A stretch of DNA of 58,156 bases, counting the filler, from Sluysia triapertura (taxonomy: Eukaryota), in NCBI GenBank assembly GCA_046118255.1. It is 4 parts of 4 records of this genome, joined end to end, with 100 filler letters (N's around TTAATTAATTAA, not from the genome) between each part and the next. Parts side by side here need not be neighbours in the genome. Positions count along the whole stretch, not along the records: positions 1 to 17,073 come from JBJNIA010193050.1; 3 more parts are not named here. One strand, given 5' to 3'. How positions within the stretch are numbered: the first letter of the stretch is position 1; each line of letters opens with the position of its first letter. The notes under the pieces are model-generated. The model did no database searches, was not told the origin of the DNA, and worked only from the letters and a program-made list of their open reading frames with translations. This document shows positions 1-13,300 of this stretch, in pieces. The position numbers and the translations under genes are program-made.

Positions 1-29
1 TTTACCTGTCTTCCATATTGATTATTGAT

Positions 30-94
30 TTATTTAAACAATTTGCTTTATTTAAACAATTTACTTTATTTAAACAATTTGTAAACAATTTGTA
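30..94. repeat. 18-bp tandem repeat (tttatttaaacaatttRY) x3 plus a partial copy
   Basis: Seen directly in the sequence. Confidence 0.85.
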
Positions 95-794
95 ATTTTT
101 ATAAAGATTTTGATTTATAATAATAATATTATTTAGATAAAAATAAATAAAATAATAAAATATAAATAATAAAAATAAAAATGAAATATCATAAAATAAA
201 TAGTTAATGATAAAATAATAAAATATAAAAAATAAAAATGAAATAGTTTTTTAAATAGATCACTAAAATAAATAAATAGTTAATGAATAATAAATAAAAT
301 ATTGCAATAGTTAATGAATAATAAGATATCAATTTATGTTAATATGTTATCGCTATTCTGACACTGTTATTATTATTGTCACTATTATTATTTTCATCAA
401 AATTTTAAATTAAATTTTGTCGTCGCCATCATCAGTAGTAACATTTCATTATCATGTTCATTTGTACGTCACTATTGATGATGGTGGTTCAATAATCAGT
501 TGCACGCATACATTCTGTACTTGGCGAACAGTAGTCACACATAGTGAACAATCACAAACCAATCAGAGTACAAAATTTCTCATTTATGTCTCAAATACTC
601 TGGTTGGTTATTCAAAAATAGATTGAGGTAATCAAAAATTATAAGTCTAGTCTCAATTAAAAGTAGTCGCAAAAGATAATATTTTTCTACCACACAATTA
701 AGTTTTAATATCAACGATCGAAAAGTCAGACAATATTAAAATTTAAATTCCAGACAGCTAAAAATTTGTCATACGCATTTCTCAACGAATTCTA

Positions 795-1586
795 ATGCAA
801 AGCAGATTTCACGCAACTGGCAGTTTAAAAATTCCATGCAATCTCAGAATCAAGCGGAATAAAATTTCAGACAAAGTAATAGTACAAAACGAGAAAAATT
901 CTATATTCAAATCATCTAAAGATTCATGTTCTAAGTTTCTAGATGCAACAGAAGATGTAGACAAATATGTAAATTATGGCATAACCGAATATACTGATTT
1001 GGCAAATCAACTGAACAAGTTTCAAAATGTGATCTTATCCGTTTCTAAAGCAATTGATAAATTTAAGGAGTTATCCAGTAATACAAATTGTTGTCAATCA
1101 AACTACATTAGTAACGAATGTTCAGATAACATATTTGGCAAATTTAGTTTATTAGTTTCAGATAATGATGACACAAAAGAAAATAAAAATGATAAAGAGT
1201 ATTTCATCGAATGCGATTTAGACGATCCCAGTTTGCTAACTAACAGTGTAAACAACTCTGTTAGAAGTTTTGAAAAAGTTCACATCGATGATTTGCATGC
1301 AAATAATGATATCAAAGTATTAGAGTCAAATTTTATAGATAATAATGATGAAATGAAAAAGTTAGATTGTAAAGTTTATGTGATTTTCAGCAAAGTATAC
1401 GCTATTCAAGAAGTATTGCATAATTTAGATTTACATTATATAATCAAGTTATCTTACAACTCTAAATTCGAATTTATTAGTCTACATGAAACGAGTTCAA
1501 CTCGAAACAAAAATTTACTGCAAACAAGCATTAATATTAGAAATTTAGATGTTAAAAGCATTCATGTTACTGTTTCTCTGGTATAA
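795..1586 (+). CDS. Hypothetical intronless 263-aa ORF, continued in another frame by 1589-2155; possibly a decaying gene or element ORF
   Basis: It is the longest ORF in the window and has a protein-like D/E/K/N/S-rich composition. No domain was recognised. Confidence 0.35.
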   Translation: MQSRFHATGSLKIPCNLRIKRNKISDKVIVQNEKNSIFKSSKDSCSKFLDATEDVDKYVNYGITEYTDLANQLNKFQNVILSVSKAIDKFKELSSNTNCCQSNYISNECSDNIFGKFSLLVSDNDDTKENKNDKEYFIECDLDDPSLLTNSVNNSVRSFEKVHIDDLHANNDIKVLESNFIDNNDEMKKLDCKVYVIFSKVYAIQEVLHNLDLHYIIKLSYNSKFEFISLHETSSTRNKNLLQTSINIRNLDVKSIHVTVSLV

Positions 1587-2277
1587 TAGTGTATAGTTAT
1601 TCTGTTAGTTATGATCTTATTTATTTTTATAATTTTAGTTTAGTGTATTCAATTTCTGACTGGAGTATGAAACGATCGAGAGCTAAACCCGGAAACTTAT
1701 ATAATTTCATCGATGTTAATAAGATTTTAGTATTAGTAGTTACTCAAATATATTATCATAATTTTTGTTCAATAAATTTTTATATAAACATTTTAATATT
1801 AGTTAATGATCGTAATACCAAGTCTAATAATGAAATAATGATTAATTTATGCGTTTTAATTGACAAGTCAAAAAGTTCAAGCTTAACGAAACGTTATATT
1901 AATAATTATGTCATTAATTACGATTTGAATATAGAAGTAAAATTAATATCAACTAATCTAATCAATAAGAAAAGCATCATATTAAATGTTGAAATATTGA
2001 ATCTAAAGCTATCTAAAAGTAATTCTAAGCCTTCTAATACAACTTTATCGCTACAATCGACTTCTAATGTTCTTATTCTATTAGATTTGATAACGCCCTC
2101 TCAACTTTATCAGAATTCATCAACACTCTCATGTATCATACACTTACGCCTTTGAAGATTAGGTATAAATCTTGTTATATAAAATCATATAACAAATTAA
2201 TCCACACAAAATTAATACTCATAGCACGATTCAACCACAATTCACACAACCAAAATTTGTGTCAAACACTAACCCAT

Positions 2278-2650
2278 ATAACCTTAACAAGGGAATAGTA
2301 AAATAAACTTACTCATTTTTTTGAAGCAACACCTTAATACTGATTACGTAATTTATTTTTTAAAATCTTTTATAAAAATCTTTGTAATTATTTTAATTAG
2401 TTTTTTCTTTGTTGATAATATACTTTAAGATGTTAGATTGTTTGGAATCAATAGTGTAACTTAAAATCATTTTGTTAGCAATACCTTAATAAGGGTTGCG
2501 TAATCTTCTAAAATATTAATATATTTTTCAAAACACCTTAATACTGGTTGCGTGATTATATAATCTGTAATTTTAATTAAACAACACCTCATAAAAGGTT
2601 GTATTGAAGAGCCACAAGCGAGCAATCATTGTCATATAAACCTTAAGTCA
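2278..2650. repeat. Degenerate ~51-bp periodic array with a conserved ~24-bp core
   Basis: ACCTTAAT...GGTTGCGTAAT-like cores start at 2281, 2331, 2483, 2535, 2586 and 2640. Confidence 0.65.
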
Positions 2651-2814
2651 TAGATAAAAGTTTTTCTAAAAGTTATTAAGTTAAATTATAAAGGTATATA
2701 TTAGGCGAACCGACTCCTTAGATATTTTATTACGTATTGTTCTATGTCAAATCTCTCCATGCATTCACCGAATTCCACAACTACTTTACTCATTACTTAT
2801 CCAAATGCTAGGAA

Positions 2815-3175
2815 ATAATAATAATAGTAATATATCAATTTATGTTGCTCTCATATCCACAGAGTAAGTTACCCAAAAGCGCTAAAGGTAAATCCTTCAC
2901 CATAATAATTCTGAAACAGAAGAACTTTGCCTTTTGCTTAAATCTTCCAGTAATATGGCTTTTGGTTAGTTGGTTGCATATTTTTGAAACATAAACGGTA
3001 TAAAGCCTATCACCTAGCTTATTATCACCTAGACTATGTATAGATTATTATGTCTCACTAAAATATTCATATTGGTTTCCAAATTTTTTATTATTTCTAA
3101 GAGATTTAAGAAACTTCCGTAAATTATTGCCTTGATTTTGAATTATATTATTACTTTTATTGGCAACCAATCCCG
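2815..3175 (-). repeat. Dispersed repeat, same family as 7950-8250
   Basis: Shares gagtaagttacccaaaagcgct, ttttgaaacataaacggtata...ctagcttatt and tatttctaagagat with the other copies. Confidence 0.75.
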
Positions 3176-4383
3176 ACAGAATTACTTTATTTTAATCAAA
3201 TCTACAAACGTGACTATTACAACAAAATAAATTTGCAATAAGGTTCTTTGAAAACTACAATAGATATGTCATAGACTTTTTCTTTTGTTGTTTGGGCTAA
3301 TATAGTTTCTAACTGATGCAAACTTTTTATATCATTTCTTTTGTGACACAATTTTCTATATCAATATGCAGTTTTAATTATCTTTTAACATTAGTGAAAT
3401 ATTTTAAATTTATTTTGCTTTGTTTTAAGAATATTAATGCTTTTAAATTAAATGATGCTATCTTTTTATTTTATTATAATTTATCCCTTTACAAACATTA
3501 ATTTATAATATAATAATTAATTTTCACAATCTCATATCATAATAATGTTATTTGTGTAACTTTAAGAATCTTTATTTGTTTTTTAACGTATTCTATTAAA
3601 CTGATGCATTGGTTATTTTTGAAGTATTATTACTATCATTTGTTATATTTGAAATATTAAATTAAAAATATTTGTTAACATTTCTATAGCATTAACGCTT
3701 TAATTATATTTAAAATAAAAGCAGAACTACATTAGCTGCATTTCAATAATGTTATATTAAAAAAATTAAAATTGTTAATTCTTTAATTGTTTATTCTTTT
3801 GAGTAAATTTATTATTTGTTAAGTATTATTTTTATGTTTGTAGTTTAATATAATATGGTTCTGAAAATGTCATTAAATAGTAACTGTTTTTTTCAAATTT
3901 ATTTATTAGACAAATTCAGATTATTAAATTTATCTTATAAGAAAAATAATATATACTAATATGATTTATAATCAACTTATATTGGGATTTAAAACGCTAA
4001 TTATACTTACATCTAATTAATATTGCTCAGAAATGGGATTTTGTTTTACAAAATATAATATTTACAATAAAATTAAAATCGTAATTATGTTTTAATTATT
4101 GTGCTTTGTAATAGTATTGAATAGGAAATTTTTGTAAAACTATATTTATAAAGATTTATATTTGTTTATATATGTCTGCTACAAAAATAAATTTTCTTAA
4201 TTACTATTTTTAGAAATTAAATGCATATGCAAAAGTAAATTTTAATAAAATTGTGTTTATTAAAGATTTACTGATACAATACGAAATTATACTTACCAAA
4301 CTTTCAATAAATTTTGTACTTCAAGCTTTAATAGCAAAATTATCAAAATAAACGATTACACAACTAGAAGGTCTTTGCCAGTT

Positions 4384-7185
4384 ATGTGGCACGAAGCAAG
4401 AAAACAGGAAAGATTAATTAGAACTGTTATGGTAGATGTTAAGAAACGTGCTGAAAGAAGAAAAGATTTTTATGACAGAATTGTATTATATTGTTGATTT
4501 TGTTCGAAATAATTTTAGAAACAAGATCCTACCCGGTTTTTGCGGTTATATGGTTCTAAGGCAAAACTTAATATTGATCCTGAAGTTGCAGCAGCTGCAG
4601 AAAATCCTAATACTCTAATGTCATGGGTAGGCGATAATAAAACAGTTATAGATCGTTTTGATGTTCGCGCCAATTTACAAAAAATTGATGATAAAATTCA
4701 ATATAGGTTTTTGTTTTGTGAGTCTTTATTTTTTTTAGTCCCACAAATGATGAAAAATTAGAAGAAAGAATGTGTAATTACGAAAGATATCGCTGTTTAG
4801 TTCAGAACCAATTTTTAAAAGGTTTGATAAACTTTATGAACTTCATTTAAAATTATTTAGTATCGGAAAATTCTGCATTAAATAAGATAGAAAATACTGA
4901 AAAGTTTGGTGAAGATATACATAAATTTGATAAACAAACAAATACTAAGAAAAAGTAAATATAATTAATAATACATGAATTTTATTAGAAATCTTCCGGA
5001 AAAAGCAGCTATAGGATTTGTTTATGCTGATACAGATTATACGCATAATCCAAATAATTCCGACGATAGTGGTTCAGTAGAAAGTGAACCGGATCTTGAT
5101 TTGGATCTTGGTAATTTATAAATTTTAAAATATATTTATTTAAATAGATATTGAAATTGATATTGGTGATTTATCTTTTTTACAACAAAAGGATATTACA
5201 AAAATAGCACAATGTTTTGGTATGCGTGGTAATGATTATTTAAAATTGATGAAACTGGATAAGGAACAGGAAGAAGAATTCCGAACTGCTAAATTACTTG
5301 AAGAACAAAAAGCACAGTTTCATGTAATTCTACTTTTGTAATTTTATTTGGCTTAAGGGTCGAAAATCTCGTAGGGAACGGAAAATTTTTAAAGAACAAC
5401 GTTTAAGAGAAAAATATATGAAGCAAGATCCAAAGTAAATTATTTTTAATTTAGTGCTTATTTTTATTAGAACTTTGTCTTTTGGAGCAAGTGTTTTTCA
5501 TGAAGAACTGTACGTTGGAAAGTAAGTATTAATAAGAATTTATTTAGTATATTAAATTAGAAATCTATTGACACCCTCACCTGATCGCGTAGAAACAAAA
5601 CCTACACAGTTACCATGTCCTCCTAAAAGTACCGTTAATTTCATAAATGTACCAACTATACAAGATGATGAAGATGACAAATCATCTCGAAGCCGGTCAT
5701 TTTCAACAGGACATAAGCGAAGAAAATCTCATCGATCAACGTCATCTTCTGATTCACGTCGACATCGTCGTCGAGATTATATTAAATCAGGGCGATCACT
5801 GAAGAAATATTCTCCATTGCATTCAAATTCAATCAGTGATTCATCTGCACAGCGATATAATGCCCGAAACTATTCGGATTTTCGACGGTCGGTATCAAGT
5901 CTCTAAACTATTCGGTAATTAAGATATAAGAAAAAGTGCTCGTATTTGAACATAATACTTCTATGAAAGAATCATATAAAATGAGAGTCCTTCAGTTAAA
6001 GTCCCAATGAACTTAACAATATTTTATACTATTTTAATGGAATAGTTTTTTTATCATTTTAATGATGCATATACAAAAAATTTTATAGTAATTATGGATC
6101 ATTAATATTTTATTTAAGTTCAAATATTTTAAATGCAATAGACTGATAAATTTAAAAAAGTTTCTAAAGGTTAAATTTTAAATTGTTGCAATAATGAATA
6201 TATTTAAATTTTTTTGCACAATTTAGACAGAAATAATCATTTTTTTATAATTAAAAATGTTTTACATTTAATAAATATTTAGTAAAACTGGTCATTTCCA
6301 TTTTTTAAATATTTTAGATTTTTCAATAGTGAAAGCTGTGCGTCATTTGAAACTAATGTAAAATAGCGAATTATTAAGTTCTATTTCACGTTTATCGATA
6401 AATAGTTTGTCACGAGTAAATGTGAGAATGATTTGATAAATTTCCATATTCGTTAGTACTAACTTAAATGAAACTGTCAATTTGTCTTTTTGCATTTTTT
6501 AATTTGTAAATTAAGTCAAATGCTTTATTTCTTTACAACACACAATCAGTAGTTAATTATGAATTAATTTGTGTCATAATTTTTATACGAAATTAAAAAT
6601 GTAATAGGCTTTTTCGTGAAACAAAGTCTGGGATCTTTCAAGTTTATTGGCTGCTATGCGCATTTATAATTGGTCAATTCAGTGTTTACTAATAATTTTT
6701 GGATTTAAATATTATACATTTTGTTGAATATCGATACATTATCGATACGGTATTGCTCAATCGCACTTTATAAGTAGTTCGTGTGATTTTTTAAATGACT
6801 ACTTACATGTAAATGTGCTTTATTTTGAGTGTAATATTGTTATTATAATAAAGTAATTAAATTATTGAAACAAATGTAAATATTTTATTTCAGACACGAA
6901 GATATACGAAAAAGTCACTCAAAAGATCGAAAAAGTTCAAAGTAGGTTTGATTTTTATTTAATGTGTATAGTGGATACTTGTGTGGCGCGATGGTTACGT
7001 ACAATGTTATAACGATTCTTGTTATGTGGGATTCTCGTGTAACGCGGTACGTAACTATCGCGTTATAAGAATTGTAACTGAATACAAAGCGGATTTAAAC
7101 ATACAAACGTAGAACAATAAAAAGAGTTTAATAGTTTAATTTGGGTTCATATTATGCAGGGAAATAATTTCGACAGATGGAATCC

Positions 7186-7264
<79 letters not shown>

Positions 7265-10200
7265 TTTATAAGTAATTTAATGTGTTTGGACTATTCTATT
7301 GCTATGCAGAAAAAAATAATTACGAGTTTCGGTTTTTTAAATGCTTCTCTTTACATACTGAATCTGATCTACTTGTTGTCACATGTTTTGAAAGGCGTCA
7401 AAATATGAGATTTTTACATCATAATGACTTTTATACAATAATTACCAGATAAAATGAGTATTCGAATATTAAATTTTATAAACTACTATCATTACTAAAT
7501 CGAATAATTATATTTATAAAAGTGTCCATTAGTTTTAATACTCGAGATGTTACTAAATATCAAAACTTGATCATGCAAATTAAGTAATAATATATGTTAT
7601 TCAATCAGGTGAAATTTCAATAATAGAATTTTAATGATGGGAGAATATATTTAAAAGTTTATAAATTAGTAACAAGGAAGTATCGTAATGTACGAAGAGT
7701 TAAAAGATGATTTTGAATGAAAAGTATAATTAAAAGCTTGATTAATAGGTAAAAAGTTGTCATCGTTACACGAAATTAGAAATGGAATAATATATAAAAG
7801 TTGAATTTATTTTTTAGTGACAGTTATTCAAATCATTTTCTATATGTCGCAAAAGGAATGGTATTTCCGATTGACATTGGTGTTTAAGGGGATATTTTTA
7901 ATCGTTTTCTAATAGAGTTTGAAACTTTTCATATAACACCTCATCTTAAAGAATTACAATCATGAATTGAAAATCATGACAATAATTCACGGAAGTCACA
8001 AATATCTTTTAGAAATAATGCGAAAATTGGATACCAAGATGAATATTTCATTGAGGCATGATAATCTATACAGAATCCACAGTGATAAGCTAGGTAATAG
8101 GTTGTATACCGTTTGTCTCAAAAATATACAACCAGTTACCAGAGAATGTCAAATTACTGGAAGATTATGAAATAGTGAATGATTTACCTAAGCGCTTTTG
8201 AGTAACTTACTCAGTGGTTATGAGCGCAATAAAATTAATGTATTATTATTTTATTTTTAATTATTATTATTAATTTGAATGTTTGCTATGAAACACAATG
8301 ATTTAATGACAAATCTATTTGTGCTTTGTATTTATTGTGAAATTATATATTGTTGAATATAATTAGAAAATTATTGAAAATTATTTCAAAATTTTCCTTT
8401 TGAATATTTTTCAAATGTTATGTAATTTGTAATAATTCTTTACTTATATATAGTATTTTGATGTTGAAAAACATAAGTACTGCTTCTACATAACTTCTAC
8501 ATAAGCAATTGTATATTACCTTATTCATGTAACATAATTAATTTAGACCAAGATATCGTTCGAATAGAAAAGATGGTTCTGGACAAGATTTGAGTCATGG
8601 ATATGATTTATCATCACAAAAATATTCCACTGTTGAAAAAAAGATACAATTATCACCACAAATGACGGAGTAAATTTATTTTATTTTTGTATTTTTATCA
8701 TTCTTTTATCTATTGATTAAGTGTCAGTAATAAAAAATTCGCTAAAAATATTTTTGAATTAATATTTTTTAGGGAAGAAATGCTCAAGAAAAAATATTAC
8801 AAAAGCGAAAGTGATAATGATTCTGATTCATCCGAATATAGTTCAGAGAATTCTAGTCCCAGTTCAGATCAGTAGTTTTTGAATTATTGTTAATTATGTA
8901 ATTGTTTACAGGAATATGTCGAAATCAGCAACTAATAATAATTCAAATTTAAAAAGTACGAGTAATTATGGTAGTGGAAAGTCTATTAATCCTTCTGTAA
9001 ATAAAGTATGGTTTTTAATTATCGATAGTCTGGTTATAGAAAAATCCTTCTTACCTAATGTTAAATTAAAAAATTTTCTTTAATTTTTAAATATTTAGAT
9101 TGATTTATGTTCCATTTAAATACTTAAATATAAATACTTAATATAATATGTTAGAGTGTTATAGATGTATTGTAAAAAAATATAAAACATTTACTAATTT
9201 ACAGCGAGAATTTGGGAAAAATAATATGGATTTTTAATTCATATTTGTGATAAAATTATTTAAATATTTATCACATTTTTCAAATTAAAAAAATATTATT
9301 TCATTAAATGAAATATTTAAATCTAATATTTGATGAAAATTTATTCATAATATTAATTTATATTGCGTAAAAACAGGTTAAATAACAAAATAATCAAATA
9401 AATGCATTGCCGATTATATTTTCGTATTATGACTCATACTAATAATACTAAAAGTAATATCAAACTAATATTGTGGTTTCCACAGTTTATCTGCGGTCCA
9501 GCGCCAAAAATTAAATTTCATATTTAAAAATAAAAGTCACATAATTATTTAAGTTATTTTGACTTAATAAATTAAAGTATTATTGCAATTGTGTTTTAAA
9601 ATAAAGAATAAAACATTCTGATTAATCAAAGTATCCGATAATAATACAGTTTATCAATACTTTAAGGACTGAGCTCGAGATACTATAATGCCTAAAAAGA
9701 CCGAATTCGAGTTAACTGCGGGCAATCACAAAAATTTTGTTACCATTGTGTATTTGCCCGAAGTAACTCAGGAAATAATATTATATTAAATAAGTAATGA
9801 ATAATTTCTATTTTATTTAGAGATAAGGTAAGTACATCCCGAAGGTGTACTCAATGATGTGTTGTTTTATTGGACAATGTGCATAAACTTTACAATTGTA
9901 TTGTACATTTTTTATTTTGTGAAAATTTTACAAGTATTTTAAATAATTGTGTACCATAAGCTTATTACCTGTACAGTTATAATTTAATTTTTTAATTGCA
10001 AAATTATATTTTAAGTATGTACAAATATTAATTTTAATTATAAAAAATTGATTTTTTGGATAAAATCGGTACTTAATCTATTTTTGAACCAGTGATTCCA
10101 TAAATTTATTTATGTTACTGGATATACACGTTTCTGAAGCTATTAAATGAATCTTAAAGTTTTGAAAATGTTGAAGATTATATAGAATATAAATGTTAAA

Positions 10201-10437
10201 GTCCGTTGATCTTCAGAAAATTATTTCTTAATTAGCAACGGTTCTACGATGAAGGTTATGAACTAGGTTATGTTCTGATGTTCAAGAACTGACTTGCTAC
10301 GATTTTGATATGGACATTAAATATTAGATATTTATTTAAACTAGTAATTTATTTGTTCAAAAATTACCTTTTTAAAGTTTTGTTTTTCCTGGAAAGCGAT
10401 AAGAGAAAACTTAGAAATTTAGAAAATATTTTATAAT

Positions 10438-10495
<58 letters not shown>

Positions 10496-10746
10496 GTATC
10501 AATCATAACATATTAGTTAATTATTCTTTAATTGATACTGAGGATTTTCATCAAAGAGGTCATAATACACATGCTTTAATAATTGAAATAACTGCTGCAT
10601 TGATCCATATAATTATCTTCATGAATCATTATAGCTGTATTTTATTTCTCAATGTGCACACACTCAATTTTAAATCAACGTGCAATAAAATTATCTATCT
10701 TCAAAAATCAAAGCGCGAATGTACTAAATCAGTATTATTATTATTA

Positions 10747-10799
<53 letters not shown>

Positions 10800-13250
10800 A
10801 TATGCTATTTCTATTGATATATCCCCTATTGTTACCTTGTTTTATTTTAATTGTTTCTTTAGTTGTTATGATTGCCTGATGATACTATTGCTTTTCTCTA
10901 CTGTTATTGATATTGTACACGCTGAAATTAGAAAAGGCCACCACTCAATATCTTATATCTGCTTTTGTTTTTTGTGTACATTTTTTGTGATTATGAGTTA
11001 GAGAAAAGTAAAAAAGAGAATGTAAGAGAGGGAAATAATAAGAAAAAAGAACTCTATAAAAGACTCGTATCCAGTTTTGAGGCGATTATTTTTTATATTT
11101 TTTGTACTATCCCGGTATTTCTCGTATTATATCGTCAACTATTTCTTTGTTAATATTTAATGATGATGATGATGATGATGATGATATGCTGCTGTGATAT
11201 TTCTAACTGTGTAATTAAAATTAGCCTTTAATTATTTTCGTTATAATTTTATTCATCCTTATTCTTTATTTTATCTTTTTTTAGTTATTACATTCGATAT
11301 TTTTTTATTTGCATTATTAATATATTTATATTAATGTTTATATATTAATATATTTTCTAATTTGCTTCATTAATTAAGCCTTGTATGTCAAGTCAATTTT
11401 TATATCAAGTTTTTTTAAATTCCGAAATAATGATATTTTTTACATTACTTTTTATTTAACACAAATTTTTAAATAATTACAATAATAATAATTATATAAA
11501 TGATCATGTTTTACTTTTAATATAAAAAAGAATAATACTGATTAAAATGATAATGCAGTTATTAATTTAGTGTCATGATTTTGGTTTTGTCATTTTATTA
11601 TTGCGGTTGGAGAAACAATGAGAAGTATAAATGAATTTTAGCTCAGTTCAAAATTGATTCTTACCATGCATTTCCTATGAAGACATTCAATAGTAACAAT
11701 GACATTAAAATGACCGTGTAGTGACCTGAAATCTCCAACTCACAATTTTTTTCTCCACATAAATACAGTATTCCATTTCTAAAGGGTTGGACCAAAAACC
11801 CAAAGTACCTTCTAACAAACACATTTCCAAATCACCTGTAGCTAATAAAGACAAAAAATTTAGCAATATTTAGTCCGAATATAAAAGACAAAACAATTGA
11901 ATATTTGTAGCATCTGTAATTATTCATACGTATGCTTAAACTGTATTTTATATAAATGTAAATTTTTATTAAACATTATGAAATTAATTAAAATATCTGA
12001 TAAAAGGATATAACATTTGTAATGAAGACATTGAAGTTTATTTAGAAAAGAAATGTTAAGCACATATAATAATATTATATTATTATTATTGCCATATTAT
12101 GTCGCCAACCAAAAATTAATTGAGTAAAAATCAAAACTAATTATATTCATGCGGGTACAATGAACAAAATAGTCAATTTTCGTATTCATGGCGATTAAAT
12201 GTGCAATTATAATGGTAAAAGTAGAATTTAAATAAAAGAATTCCATTATTATTGCAAAAACTTGTCAACATCAAAAAGGTTCAGCAAATTAAACCCTATG
12301 TTATAGTAAATTCATGTCCAATACGACAAAAACAAAACGTAATTTTACAGCAAGATATAATGGTCAAGAAAGAATGTTGCATAAGAAAATGTAAATTTGA
12401 GATTGAATCTACGAGAGTTAAAACATGACGCAAATGTTCTTTAGATGATAGTGATAGTTCTGATAACATCGAGCTTGGCAGGTTCGTAAATTGCGAAACT
12501 AAGGATACAAGATCTCGTAGATTGCGATCAGATGTACTACAATTTAACAGTGCTTTATTTTTCACCAGATCTCAACCCGATAATTTGACTTGATATCAAT
12601 TACTCTATTGTCGATTGTAGAAAAACGCATGTTTATTGTTCATGTAATAACTTTTTCTCATGATTTAAATTTGAATATTTTAAGCATTACTCTTATTCTA
12701 ATAGGAAATCAACATTGTTTTTTTGTTGACTATGGACTCGAATGATCCTTTTGGATTTATGATAAACAAAATATTTACAAAAGGCCCTGATTTAAACCAA
12801 GCCTTAAAATAGAATGTCAAAAATGAGATCATAACAAATTACCAAAAGTTGGTACCCGAATACCACGCAGAATATTTTTTCACTTCTATACTTAAGGAGT
12901 ATAGAATACGATAGATGGCATTTTGAATAAATATTGAATGTAAACATTGAATCAATAAATGTTGAATGAAAATATTGTGGTTTTTCAAATTTTCAAAAAT
13001 GGTTTATTATTTTTGGGTCAGCCTAATGTCTCACGTGTCAAGTGTGATAATCAAATAAATTAAATTTTGTTTTTCACGATTTATTTTGTAACATGATTTA
13101 TTATCGATGTAATAATTTATTTATGTAATTATAGTTAGACAAAATTGCTTCAAAATTCAATCCACAAGAATTTTTGATACGTCAAATGGAAAAGCAATTA
13201 AACCGTGCATGTTATTATTATTTCTTATTACTCATTATTATTAATATTAA

Positions 13251-13300
<50 letters not shown>

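Noticed and set aside
2278-2650. CRISPR array
   Set aside because: The cores are too degenerate, the spacers are AT-rich and partly similar, the context is eukaryotic and no cas genes are present. Kept only as a periodic repeat.
7154-7408. Poly-Asn ORF (and the poly-Leu ORF 10600-11001)
   Set aside because: These are translations of (TAA)n/(TTA)n microsatellites inside CLASRP introns.
11640-11860. Nested minus-strand exon in a CLASRP intron
   Set aside because: Splice-like sites exist, but no single frame is open and no family was recognised.
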